The notes below the pieces were generated by a model that worked only from the letters and a program-made list of their open reading frames with translations, was not told the origin of the DNA and searched no databases. Positions 1-15,228 of a stretch of DNA of 64,000 bases are shown in pieces. Position 1 is the first letter of the stretch; each line of letters opens with the position of its first letter. Both the position numbers and the translations under genes were made by a program. Origin of the DNA: Eledone cirrhosa (lineage: Eukaryota); the NCBI GenBank assembly GCA_964016885.1, contig OZ024743.1, positions 347,386,001 to 347,450,000 on the forward strand. The letters are read 5' to 3'.

Positions 1-1068
1 ATGGACGTCTGTCCGGGTATATGAAGGTAGACTGGTGGTTCAGGAAACGTTACTTGAATCGGCCCTCCGCCATGCCCACATAGGTTCTGACCTCCGGTGG
101 TCCGTTTGGTCGGTTGGAAGTGACCACAGCTTCATAGATTATAGCTGGTGTGTTGCATTGCTGTTGAAGGGGGCAACTTCAGGCGTACGGAAACAGCACC
201 CTGATGGGGTGTTGCTCCTAGTGCTGCTGGTGATGTGGGCCTTCATGTTCTTAGCGCAGGTGTATCCTAGTTTAACTTTATGTTGTTTAAAGATGGAGCA
301 GTATTTATGACCTATGGGGACGTGTCTATCTAAGACGGCTAGAAATGTTTTTTCCTACATTGGTTTTAACGTTGAGTGAGAAGGGAGGAGAGAACCAGAT
401 AGTTTGTCTATTGTTGCGCTTACTTTTCTTAATGGTGTTGTTGCTAGTGGGAGAGTAAATGATAAGTTGTGAGAAGCCGCTGTTATCCAACGCCGTGTTA
501 TCGTAGGGTGCCGCCCTGTCAAAGATAGCCTTATTAGAGGAGAGGTTTGAGATTCTAGTACTGATATTCTTAATGAAGTTTCTAAAAACATTGAAAGGGT
601 GGCATGAGTCCATGTGAATGTAATTAAGTTTTTCGTTTAGCTTATGGAAGGTTCTGTGGGTGTGTGTGCGAAGGTCTAAATTAATGTATAAAAAATTCTA
701 CGCTAGAGAGGTTGGTGGCTACTATTATCCTAAGACCTAACTCATTGAAGGTATAAGCTAAGTCTTTTTTAAACCGGTCGAGGTCGTGACCACTTTTATG
801 GCTCCATAAAGTCAGTCCATCTTCACGGTATATTCCCGTGTGGAAGTCCGGGAATCTAAACACGTAATATGTCTAAGATAAAAAGGCTAACCAAGTCACA
901 TACGTCAGCACTGTCAAACGATCCCATGGAGACGTCGAACAGGTCTGAAGATGTAAACTACTTTGCCCAGGCTACTCCGTCTTAGAAGAGGAGGGTTTTC
1001 CGGCAGTGAGCGATGATTTCCCTGTCTAAACCATCGACGGTGGTATAAGTGGTAGCGAAGTCCAACGC
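1..1068 (-). mobile_element. Penelope-like element family A, decayed RT/thumb/linker region; runs off the window's left edge
   Basis: Minus-strand ORF fragments show PLE motifs: GIYREDGL (YRDD-like), MDSCHP...NISTRISNLSS and IWFSPPFS. The frame is broken by stops and frameshifts. Confidence 0.85.
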
Positions 1069-1990
<922 letters not shown>

Positions 1991-2019
1991 AGGACCCCGA
2001 CGGCTGAGCTCCGGCCGTT

Positions 2020-2398
2020 TATACATATATATGTACGTATGGGTTATATCGAACATTAATAATAATGTTCGATTCGCTTGTATACAAGTAGCCCGATTTT
2101 AAGCTGTTCCGTGCCGGTGACCGATCTTCACCTGTTTGTTCAAGACTGGTTTTGAGGAACAATCACCATGTTTCTGGATCATTACCCTTCACCAAGTCTG
2201 TATACCTCTGCCAGTCTGTTGAACGGTTGAAAATAAACAGAACACATCGGCTGAGTAGCCTCATTTACATACCGAGCGAGATATGCCTGGCCTTGCTGAA
2301 TATTAAAAATCGGATTATAATCTTATTTCTCGCCCTCGCACAAATGAATCGAACATTATTATTAATGTTTTATATAAGCCATACTTACATATGTATAT
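2020..2398. repeat. Non-coding unit with ~60-bp imperfect inverted ends, related to the 3470-4440 tandem unit
   Basis: 2020-2080 is approximately the reverse complement of 2340-2398. The interior shares CTCATTTACATA..GAGCG with ~3782. Confidence 0.5.
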
Positions 2399-2399
2399 A

Positions 2400-2473
<74 letters not shown>

Positions 2474-2560
2474 TGTCTGTCTGTGTGTGTGTGTGAGTGT
2501 GTGTACGTGTGCCTACTTACATTTATATATCAGCTGTGCTAGGGCAAGAAATAACATTTG

Positions 2561-2616
<56 letters not shown>

Positions 2617-2618
<2 letters not shown>

Positions 2619-3390
2619 TAACAGCAGTACCTAGCGTTGCCTGGGTAGGTAAAATAATATCTGCTTTGATGAAAAGGTGTTGACCTTAGCGACTGCTTCT
2701 CGATGACTCATCTATGGCCAAACACAGGCCATGCGGGGGAGGGTGGTGATGACCTCTATCACTGAGAAACGAGGGTGACTGACGAAGGGGCATGCCGGGG
2801 GAGTGAGGTAATGACCTCTAACACTAAGCCAAATTTTCTCACGCTACTTGATTGGAAACCGTTGAATTCTCAAATACACAACTAAAAGCTCAGACGACGT
2901 CAGTGGCCGTTGTTTTGCCTTTGAACATCTATAAGATGTGCAATGATAGGTTCTATCGTAGTATAAAAGTTGAACCAAATAAATTGATTTATGTGTGAGA
3001 TGGAGCCTAAGTTTCGATTTTGAACGAAATCGGTTGAAAAATGTGGGAGCTAATGATAGGTCGCCGTCCCTGAACAAAAAATGCAAAGTGTAAAGCTACT
3101 ATAAGATGTGCAATGATAGGTTCTATCATAGTATAAAAGTTGAACCAAATAAATTGATTTATGTGTTAGGTGGCAAAATGTGGTAGCTAGAGCCAAAAAA
3201 CTTATTTTTCGATACCTAAAAAAAGGTGATCCCCCTATCGATTTTTATCTGCAGAATGACCCCGGAATAAAAAAAAATATATACGCTGATATATAGAAAA
3301 CACTCCCCGATGATTAATCTATGAGCCAGTAAATATTTATGAAAATCGGTCGTAAGATGTAGGCCCCTATAGGTAATACACAGACACACA

Positions 3391-3445
<55 letters not shown>
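2617..3445 (+). mobile_element. Non-autonomous Helitron/Helentron-like element (Lep1/DINE-1-like architecture)
   Basis: Starts TACTAACAGCAGTACCTAGCGTTGCCTGGG. The 3' end has TTTATGAAAATCGGTC followed by a CAGA/CA microsatellite and ATAATTTTATATA. Internal ~70-bp duplication at 2929/3099. Flanked by (TA)n. Confidence 0.55.
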
Positions 3446-3469
<24 letters not shown>

Positions 3470-3473
<4 letters not shown>

Positions 3474-4440
3474 TTGTATTGATGCTCCTACATAGCGGTA
3501 TACACATCAATATACGTATTCTATAATGAATAATATACAGGATGTTTGTGAAAAATATTTGAGAGCCTTTCGACATGATTGTTTTAAAATGTTTAGGAAT
3601 GGAACCAGCGTCACATACCTGACCTCAGCAAAAGCTGAGTGGGGAAGTATTCGACAATGCAAAGCTTCTCACTGTTTTGAGTATATAAAGACTACATATC
3701 TCCCCACCTCTGCTGATGTTAAAATAACTCAGAATGGTATAATTTTTTTTTTTTTTTGCTTATGTTTATGAGCTAATGAAACTCATTTACATATGGAGCG
3801 GTAGCCAGTCAGGATTAAGTTTGAAAATTTGTATTAGTGCTCCAGCCTAACGGTATACATATAAATGTACCTATTGTAAATTTTATAATATACGAAATAT
3901 TTATGAAAAACATTCCAGAGCCTTTCTCTACGAATTTTTAAAGTTGTAATCTACGTAACACAACTAACTTCAGCGAAATCAGGTAGAAGTATTCGACATT
4001 GCATCGTTTCTCTCTGTTTTGCGTTTATAAAGACTGCATATCTCCCTACTTCTGCTGAGGTTAAAATAAGCCAGAATCTTATAGATTCTTTGCTGATTTG
4101 TATGAGCTGATGAAACTTATTTGCATGCGGAAAGATAGCGGGCCAGGCTTAAATTAAAAAAAAAAATTGTATTTGTGCTCCAATATAGCGGTATACACAT
4201 CAATGGTCTTATTGTATTTTGAATAATGTAAGGGATGTATATGATAAAACATTAGAGGTCAATTCGCTATGAATATTTAAGTTTGTAACCAACGTCACAC
4301 ACATTATCTTAGCAAAAGCTAAGGGAAATACTTGACATTACATCGTTTCCAGCTCTTTTGCGTTTATCAAGATTAGATTTCTCCCCATTTCCGCATACAT
4401 TTATGTGTATACCACTATGTTCGAGCAAGAATACAATTTT
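3470..4440 (+). repeat. Diverged tandem array of ~350-bp units (about 2.6 copies) with a terminal inverted segment
   Basis: AATTTGTATT..TGCTCC...GCGGTATACA recurs at ~3471, 3827 and 4165. 4405-4440 is its reverse complement. Confidence 0.75.
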
Positions 4441-4496
4441 TTTTTTAATTTAACCCTTGCCGGCTCCAGATGCAAAAAAGAGAAAAGCATGAACGA

Positions 4497-5205
4497 GGGA
4501 TAATTTTCCTTCATCAGTTGTCTGCTGGGGATCATGGATATTTCTACGCATTAAAGAAAATATCCATGATCCCCAGCAGACAACTGATGAAGGAAAATTA
4601 TCCCCCATTTGTGAGTTCCTCTTTTTCATAAATACACCTTATCCAGCAACTACACAGCCCATGTTTCTTCTTAATTTTTATCAAGTTTTCCTGTGACCTA
4701 TTCTCTCTTTCTCCTTATCTATTTTGTTGATATCAAATCTGCCCCCTTTTTTCTTTCTCTCAATTTCTCTCACTTTTACTGTCCCTCTCTCTGCTAGCCA
4801 CCTCGCTGTTTCCCTTGCCTGTTCCTCTCAACTATCTTATTCACTTACTCTTGCGAAGCTCAGACGTGTTTTTTCTCGTCCACACAGCCTCGGACTTAAG
4901 TCCAGTAGCTGATGTCGATTTTTTCTCGCTCTTGCTCACAGACATGGGCTTCCGGGTTTCCCTCCTCGGTATGTTGTTTTCCGTTTTCTTTCGCTATTTT
5001 TTTTTCCTTTTTCTTCCCTTTTACCTTCTGTTATATATTTATTTCTCCCTCTCCCTTTTCCCCAATAGCCACCTTTAGTTATTGACGCACTGGGGCTAGA
5101 TATCTTGTATTTAATGCATAGAAATATCCATGATCTCTCGCAGAAAACTGATGATGGAAAAATTGTCCCCCGTTCGTGCTTTCCTCTTTTTCATAAATAC
5201 ACAGC
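4497..5205 (+). mobile_element. Non-coding ~565-bp repeat unit (family X) with terminal redundancy and a 5' fold-back
   Basis: AAATATCCATGATC...CTGATGA...TTCATAAATACAC occurs at 4558 and 5122. Inverted repeat at 4497-4604. Homologues at 47030 and 59600. Confidence 0.7.
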
Positions 5206-5206
5206 C

Positions 5207-5319
5207 TCTTCTTCTTCTTCTTCTTCTTCTTCTTCTTCTTCTTCTTCTTCTTCTTCTTCTTCTTCTTCTTCTTCTTCTTCTTCTATATATATATATATAC
5301 ATATTTATATATATATTTC

Positions 5320-5388
<69 letters not shown>

Positions 5389-5400
5389 CTTTATATATAC
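5207..5400. repeat. (TTC)n followed by (TA)n
   Basis: Direct reading. Confidence 0.95.
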
Positions 5401-5937
5401 ATATTAGTCAAATTTGTGTGCGTCATTTTGGGTGAATGACCCCCTTGTATACACCCACCCCCCTACACATATATATATATATACGAAAAATATATTTGTA
5501 CATATATATGTGTTTGTGTGTGTGTTTTTGTGTGTGTGCATGGATGTGTGTGTGTGCGCGTGTGTGTTCATGTGTGTGTATGTTTAATCATCTTCATCAA
5601 CAGTAACTATTATATTGCTGACGTCGATAGTGTGATTAAAATTCTTAATTAATATACGATATTTCGAAAGAAACGATGACATTTTCGCAACATAGACTTG
5701 ATATTCAGAGTCACGATTTTTAATCGTAACACCCTTTTAGGAATAATGAAAATCTCTTTAGTGTTATACAGAAATGAACATCATTGACATCAACAACAAA
5801 AACAACAGCTACTACAACAACAACAAGAAATATAATGAATATACAGAGAATATAATATAAATGGATTATGTAGAGGAACATATCTCTATATTTCTCTCTC
5901 AATCTCGTTAGTTATTCATTTCCCCTCTCTCTGCACG

Positions 5938-5969
<32 letters not shown>

Positions 5970-5993
5970 TGTATATGAATATATATATATATA

Positions 5994-6097
<104 letters not shown>

Positions 6098-6488
6098 TTA
6101 TTACTATATATACATATATATATATATATGTATATATATATATTTATTACTATATATATATATATATACATATGTATATAATTATATATGTATACAGTAT
6201 GTGTAAATATAATGTAATGAATACGCTGACATATATATAGGTTTCAATGTGCGTCCGCATATGCAAGTGTGGGGGGTATCTGTGTGTATGTGTGTATATT
6301 TATGCATGTATGTAAATGATGTCAAATTAAAATTAATATATGCCTTGGGTGAAAAAAAAAATACGAATAATCTACATACAAGGACATAGGGAGTGGGAAA
6401 AGCTTGAAAGAAAGTTAGGTTACCTTATAAATAATGAAATATAAGATGTCTTACAAAGGTTGCATGGCGCAGATGGAAACAAAAAGTC

Positions 6489-6515
6489 TAATAATAATAA
6501 AAATAATAATAATAA

Positions 6516-6584
<69 letters not shown>

Positions 6585-6598
6585 AAGAATAATAATAA
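6489..6598. repeat. (AAT)n microsatellite
   Basis: Direct reading. Confidence 0.95.
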
Positions 6599-6788
6599 TT
6601 GAAAATCTAAATATTATCGGTGTAATGTAGGGTAAAGAAAATTGTAATTATAGAATGCGTTACAAGAAGCAAAGGAATGTCATATTCAGTGTACAATATA
6701 TATTTTTGATCATGAACGTGTGTCTGATAATCTAAGAGACTCTATGTGATTGTTTTAGGTATAAGAGAAAATGCATGATTGTATATAT

Positions 6789-6861
<73 letters not shown>

Positions 6862-6917
6862 AACGAGTAGGACCCCGACGGCTAAGCTCAAGCCGTTTCG
6901 ACGGCTAATTCTGGACT

Positions 6918-6986
<69 letters not shown>

Positions 6987-7637
6987 GTACATACATATAT
7001 ACGTACATACATATATACATACATACATACATACATACATACATACATACATACATACATACATGGTGGCTGCCAACTCGTTTTCGAGTACGGCCACTAC
7101 TTTATATGTAGGAGAACCCCTACCGATGCGCTGAACGAGTGTGAATTTTTAGTCCAGCCAGCGACTTGAAAACTCTGGTAGGTACAAACGCTACACTTGT
7201 GACAATTATTGACACATAGTGCTGGGCCCATGGTACCATGTGATGACAAGTGCAGAGAGATCTCCAGATATTAAGCAAAGCCTGTGCCGTGAAGCTTTTA
7301 TAGTGAGCAAAGGCACTGCACAAAGCCAGTCCCACTCTCTTAACCAAGATGATATTTACCAAAAAGAAGAACAAGTCAACATCATTGGATACCATCAGGG
7401 TTGCAGGTGTTATATCAGAGTTTTCCTTCTCCTAGAATTCTGCCTTGACAAAGGCTAAGGGGTCATCTCTCCCGGTGATTTTGGATGGCCATTGACTCTT
7501 AAGAGCTCCTTTGCCCTTTGACAGGTTTTGTTTTTAGTCCTACAGGATGTCCAAAGTCACCCTCCTCACCAATAAACCTTGGTGGGGTTGCCGGTTTAGT
7601 CGCCAACAACTCGACCATATACATACATATATATATG

Positions 7638-7713
<76 letters not shown>

Positions 7714-7721
<8 letters not shown>

Positions 7722-8108
7722 TAAGAGGAATTCCAACTTTGTCTGATTTACTCGTTTTATTTACAATCCTTTAAAATATATATAATGGTATTATAATGAA
7801 ATAGTGTGATAGAATACTAAATTCTAAGTGTTAATTGAAAAAGTACTTTCATGCTTTCGCAATCTTCCGGTTCATGATATGTGGTGACAGTCGAGTTTGC
7901 AATTTTCAACAGTTGAAAATTGCAAACTCGACTGTCACCACATATCATGAACCTGAAGATTGCGAAAGCATGAAAGTACTTGTTCAATTAACACTTAGAA
8001 TTTAATATTCTATCACACTATTTCATTATAATACCATTATATATATTTTAAAGGATTGTAAATAAAACGAGTAAATCAGACAAAGTTGAAATTCCTCTTA
8101 TTAATATA
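7714..8108. repeat. Near-perfect palindrome with 197-bp arms and a 1-nt loop at 7911
   Basis: Arms are reverse-complementary with about 4 mismatches. The left end abuts (TA)n. Confidence 0.95.
7948..7986 (+). ncRNA. Minimal hammerhead-like motif in the palindrome's right arm
   Basis: TGAAC-CTGAAGA-T-TGC-GAAA-GCA-T-GAAA-GTAC-TT-GTTCA. Confidence 0.55.
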
Positions 8109-8146
8109 ATCATCTATACACAATCATACACACCCGTGTATATTTA

Positions 8147-8221
<75 letters not shown>

Positions 8222-8225
<4 letters not shown>

Positions 8226-8481
8226 AGTAAGTATATTTTCAAAACAATGATCAAGTTTGAAATTAGGAAATAGAAGCTTTCACCGTATTGTTTGACTAAA
8301 GAAATGTTAGCCTCATAGTGAGATTTAGAACCCTCAGAAAAATGGAAAAAGATGGGTATTGACGTACATTGGAGTCGAACCCACATCTTTGGTTATCCAG
8401 ACCATTGTGCTACCATTTCTCTGAGGGTTCTAAACCCCACTATCAGGCTAAGATTTCTTAGTAAAAAATACGTTGAAAGCT
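8222..8481. repeat. Fold-back copy of the 260-bp tRNA-like unit family
   Basis: 8222-8416 matches the 14183 array unit. 8417-8481 is an inverted copy of part of the same unit. Confidence 0.75.
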
Positions 8482-10040
<1,559 letters not shown>

Positions 10041-10637
10041 TGTTTTTTTGTGAATGTGTCTGTTGATTTTTGGCATATAGTTGATTAGTTTAAGAGAAGT
10101 TCGAAGATAATTGTAAGATATGCACTCAGTATTTTGAATGTGTCTACAGAATTCTCTAGACCTTTGTCACTTAGTAGAACCTTAATGATTTTAGCTTTTA
10201 AAGAATCTCCCTTTTCTTTAATTCTATCGACCATGACTGACCCCCCACTGATCTTATAGACATCTGTTAGCTTAAGAGAAACTTAATGACAAGGAATGGT
10301 ATGCCATCCCGAACCTGTTTATAGAATTCTGTCTGCCCTTGTTACTCTAAAAACATAAATAAATAAAAATAAACTATAGCTTTGTAGAATTAGCTTTTAA
10401 TGAATTCCCTTTTCTATCAACCAATGACCTACACCCATCCCACTCCCCACCCTCTCCCACCACTTGTAGAGACCTATAAATACTATTTTTATTTTTTGAT
10501 ACCCAGATTCCTGATGATTTCTAATGAATGAAACAGTTCTAGTCCTGTAGAATCTCATCTATATTAAAACTTTTATACTCTGCTATGTATTGAGTACCTT
10601 ACTTACTGTGGTTACCTCCGATTCAACCCGGAATAAC

Positions 10638-10687
<50 letters not shown>

Positions 10688-10809
10688 GTAGAGACAGAAT
10701 TACCAAGTTATACTTAAAACCTAATTTGGGTCATATTGAATTATTCAACTTTCATATGTCTATCTATATACATATAAAAAGGAAGTTTGTTTGTTTGTAC
10801 GTTGACCAG

Positions 10810-10916
10810 TTACAGCAATAATTGTGATTGATTATTATCAATGTATTTCATGTGTTTCAACCAATGTAACCTTCATTAACTTCGCTGTCGACGTAGTTTC
10901 CGGCATCGCTATAGCA
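10810..10916 (+). CDS. Candidate internal exon of an unknown host gene (xTAIIVIDYYQCISCVSTNVTFINFAVDVVSGIAIA)
   Basis: tttgtttgtttgtacgttgaccag acceptor, GCA|gtgagt donor, one open frame (phase 1 to 0), unique sequence. No homology recognised. Confidence 0.3.
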
Positions 10917-11242
10917 GTGAGTTGGGGAAGACTTTACTGCTCTTTCTAGCACCCATATACTGCCTGATAGTCCGTTTTGTTATCTATATAGAGAGAATGA
11001 AATACTACTCTATCTCTCTCACTCAATTCACCTTCCTCTCTCTCTAAATAAGTAAAACATTCTACGTTTTTCTTTTCTTTTCGGCCGGTCTAACACCAGA
11101 CTAACTCTCTCTCTCTTTCTTCCTCTCACTCCCTCTTTCTCTCATACTATCACTTTTTCTTTCTATCTGTATGTATATCTCAATTTTTTTGTATCTATCT
11201 ATATCTATCTAGCTTTATCTATCTATCTATCTATCTATAACC

Positions 11243-11334
<92 letters not shown>

Positions 11335-11339
<5 letters not shown>

Positions 11340-12116
11340 GAGAGCGGGGAAGCAGTAATAGAGAAACAGACAAACGCAGCCGAGGTAAATATATATAAAA
11401 GAACATGAGAAGAAAGAAGAATACTGCGTGTTTGCACAAGGGTTTCATATGATAAAAATAGTCCTTCGTCAGTGATTTTCCAACCATCATTGGTATTTCA
11501 CCACATTACAAATCATATACCTCAGGTTGGTGCGAGCAATAACTAAAAGAAGGTATTGGGACCAGTAAATCGCGTAAAGCGAGGGGGACAAGTAAACAAC
11601 ATAGAAGGATAAAAGCAAACCAAAGATAGGAAAAAACAATCAACATGGTTGTCAGGTCAGCTTAACCTGGGTGGATTTCATGAGCGAAAGGTACAGACCG
11701 TCCGACGTGAGTGAGATGTAAGCAAGAAGAGACCCACTGTAAGCCAAACTGGAGGAAGTGAGAAGGGGAGAAACAGAGTGAGTGAGTGGAAGTGCGAGGA
11801 AGCGGTCAGTCGAGAGAAAGTGTAACTGACAGAGGGGACGAAAGAAGGTGAGAGAAAGAGAGAGAACGAGGAAGCAGTAAGAGAGAAACAGACAAACGCA
11901 GTCGAGGTAAATATATATAAAAAACACGAGAAGAAAGAAGAATACTGCGTGTTTGCACATGGGTTAGATATGATAAAAATAGTCCTTCGTCAGTGATTTT
12001 TCAACCATCATTGGTATTTCATCGTATTAAAAATCATATACCTCAGGTTGGTGCGAGCACTAACTAAAAAAAGTTATTGGGACCAGTAAATCGCGTAAAG
12101 CGAGGGGGACAAGTAA
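11335..12116 (-). mobile_element. Non-coding repeat family Y, 1.5 tandem units of ~522 bp
   Basis: ~260-bp direct repeat (11349 vs 11871), flanked by (TA)n. An opposite-strand homologue lies at 60325-60572. Confidence 0.75.
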
Positions 12117-12384
12117 TATATATATATATATATACACACATATATGTATATATAGATATGTATATCTGTTTGTTCTCAAAGATGTTTTGAAAGTGATACA
12201 TTAGGAAATATTAAATAATTTTCAGTGAAAAAAGATTATGCTAAAACCTGAAAGAAATGTCATTCGGCATCTCGTCTGACGTCGAAACTATTCCGTCAGT
12301 CAACTGCTCTTCAATGCTACTTCATCTTATTAACGCCGAATTTCTGACTCCAGAACAAGAATACACCCATATACACAGACACAG

Positions 12385-12429
<45 letters not shown>

Positions 12430-12430
<1 letters not shown>

Positions 12431-12715
12431 AATTAGTATATCTAGTAACATATATATGCACACAGATGCATACTTATGCTAGCAAATATATAGGTTTTGT
12501 CTTAGTAACTTTGTGGTTCAATGCATGGGGTTGCAGAACAATAATATGAGAGACGTAAAATAAGAAAATTATAAAATTAACTTACTTACTAAAATTTCAC
12601 TCCCAACTAATTAGTTTCTGAAAGGGAATAAACATACTTTCCGAAGAAGTGTACAGAGAAGCCTTTCGTCATCAGGGAAGTCTATTCTCAGCTAACTTTC
12701 CAGGCAATACGTGGA
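12430..12715 (-). mobile_element. Non-coding HHR-bearing repeat family Z
   Basis: Homologous to 46500-46790 and contains an intact hammerhead motif. Confidence 0.7.
12599..12681 (-). ncRNA. Type I hammerhead ribozyme with extended stem II
   Basis: Minus strand reads ACTTCC-CTGATGA-C-GAAAGG...CCTTTC-A-GAAAC-TAATTA-GTT-GGGAGT. It covaries with the 46829 copy. Confidence 0.8.
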
Positions 12716-12796
12716 ATATTATATAAATATATATATAATATTATATAAATATATATATAATATTCAATATATATATATATATATAATATTATGTTT

Positions 12797-12978
12797 TGGC
12801 AGTATCGGTAGATGGTCTGACGCCATGCTTTGAGACATAGAGTTACGGCCCTTGCCATTCTGAGTTCAAATCCCGCAGAGGTTAACTTTGTCTTTCATCC
12901 TTACGAGGTCGATAAAATAAAGTACCAGTAATGCACTGGGATAATTGCTGGCCTTGTGCCAAAAGTAGAAACAATTAT
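12797..12978 (+). mobile_element. tRNA-derived SINE (octopus-type)
   Basis: A box TGGCAGTATCGG, B box GAGTTCAAATCC and core CTTTCATCCTTACGAGGTCGATAAAATAAAGTACCAG. Six copies in the window. Confidence 0.85.
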
Positions 12979-14147
12979 GTTATATATAATGTTATATATA
13001 GAAGACGACGCGGGTCTAAGGAAATTTAAATCTAAGGGGAAACAATACAAAAATTTAAAAAACAAAACAAAATAAAGAAATACACTCCTCAAACTCACAA
13101 ATGATGAAATTAATAAAAATGAAATTATAAATTATTCTAGGAGCAACTCATTTCAAAATTTGTGATATTTACTTCAAGCAACATGTCTCTGTATTGCATT
13201 GTTCCAAATATGGTGTTGGCTTACTTTTCCAATTTCCCCTATACTTCATTTCTCAATCGTTAGTCCACTTCAGTGGCTTTTATTATCATCTCTGATTTCA
13301 TAAATGTACATTATATACCTACGTTGATTTTTAGAATGTAGAGGTATTTTGATCAATATTTCACATATCAGATTTTAGTATTTATTTTATATTTGTTTTC
13401 CAATATTTCGCAATTCATGATAAAAGAGCACAAACTTTCATTTCATAAAAGAAAAAAAAAAATGAAATATTAAAATGTTCTTATGCAGAGGACAACTTTC
13501 TGATATTGCCTGCATTTATTACTCTGTATCTTTAGGTTATTGTGAAGTAGCGTAAATTTACTAAAACTGTATCGAGAGGCCACATTATTTCTTCTTTTTT
13601 TTTCTTCTTTTAGTGGGAGGAAGTCAAGGGCAACTGATTTTGCGAAACACACATGAAGTCAGTAATGTGATGTTTTATACACATATATTTTATGACATAC
13701 ATACATGCATTCATATATACATACATACACACACGCAAATATACATACGCATATATATATATCTATATATCTATATATATATAATGTGTAAGTGTGTGTA
13801 GGGTTGTGTGCATGTGTATATGTGTGTGAGTGTGTGTATCTGTGTGAGAGTATGTGTGTGTCTGAGTGTGTCTGTATTCGTGTGAATTGTTCGTGGTACC
13901 GAGACAAGCATATTAATATACGGATGTTTAGGTACAAATTTCGCATAGATATATATTAACATTTTATAATAAGGGTTTTTTTTTCTTTTTGAAGGAAGCC
14001 TCAATGTATGGGAAATACAAATAATAATTGTATAGTTCCGATGAAGTACCCTAAGAGAAGAGGAAAGCTGGGACAAAACCAGTGGTGTGAAATAATGCAG
14101 GAAGAATCATTGTCGCTGCACTGAAATTACTAATGTTATATATAGTA

Positions 14148-14182
<35 letters not shown>

Positions 14183-14185
<3 letters not shown>

Positions 14186-15100
14186 CTAAAGGAACTTTAG
14201 CCTGATAATGGGGCTTAGAACCCTCAGATAAATGGAAAAAGATGAGTATTGACGTACATGGGAGTCTAACACACATCTTTGGTTATCGCGACCACTGTGC
14301 TACCATTACACCAACACATCACCCATCTCTTTCCATTCAAATTAGAAGCTACATTCTTAGCGAGTTTAAATGGCAAGTAAGTATGTTTTGAAACAGTGAG
14401 CAGGTTTGAAATTAGAAAATAGAATAGCTTTCACCGTATTTTTGACTAAAGGAATTTTAGCCTGATAATGGAGTTTAGAACCCTCAGATAAATGGAAAAA
14501 AGATGAGTATTGAGGTACATGGGAGTCGAACCCACATCTTTGGTTATCGTGACCACTGTGCTACCATTATACCAACATATCACCCATCTCTTTTCATTCA
14601 AATTAGAAGCTACATTCTTAGCGAGTTTAAATGGCAAGTAAGTATGTTTTGAAACAGTGAGCAGGTTTGAAATTAGAAAATAGAATAGCATTCACCGCAT
14701 TTTTGACTAAAGGAATTTTAGCCTGATAATGGGGTTTAGAACCCTCAGATGAATGGAAAAAGATGAGTTTTGACATACATTATTCAAAAATACGGTGAAA
14801 GCTATTCTATGTTCTAATTTCAAACCTGCTCACTGTTTCCAAACATAGTTACTTGCCATTTAAACTCGCTAAGAATATAGCTTCTAATTTGAATGGAAAG
14901 AGATGAGTGATGTGTTGGTGTAATGGTAGCACAGTGGTCGCGATAACCAAAGATGTGTGTTAGACTCCCATGTACGTCAATACTCATCTTTTTCCATTTA
15001 TCTGAGGGTTCTAAACTCCATTATCAGGCTAAAATTCCTTTAGTAAAAAATACGGTGAAAGCTATTCTATTTTCTAATTTCAAACCTGCTCAGTGTTTCA
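14183..15100. repeat. Tandem ~260-bp units (2.3 copies) plus an inverted ~1.2 copies, each full unit with a tRNA-like module
   Basis: TGACTAAAGGAA at 14183, 14443 and 14704. Inversion begins at ~14785. Flanked by (TA)n/(CA)n. Confidence 0.9.
14510..14582 (-). other. tRNA-like cloverleaf / Pol III type-2 promoter within the tandem unit (not a functional tRNA call)
   Basis: Minus strand has A box TGGTATAATGG, D-arm, TGGT/ACCA stem and B box GGTTCGACTCC. Copies at 14249-14321 (-) and 14908-14980 (+). Confidence 0.6.
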
Positions 15101-15102
15101 AG

Positions 15103-15170
<68 letters not shown>

Positions 15171-15228
15171 GTATATGTATATAATATATATATATGTGTG
15201 TTTTTTATATATATATATATATTTATTA

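Noticed and set aside
14455-14500. CTGATAA-stem-GATA/GAAA hammerhead-like motif in the 260-bp unit
   Set aside because: C3.A8 mismatch and no stem III/NUH or stem I partner visible.
14510-14582. Functional tRNA gene
   Set aside because: The anticodon loop differs between copies, the T-arm/acceptor geometry is irregular and it is embedded in a repeat.
14183-14780. CRISPR-like array
   Set aside because: Whole units are repeated, with no unique spacers or cas genes, in a eukaryotic context.
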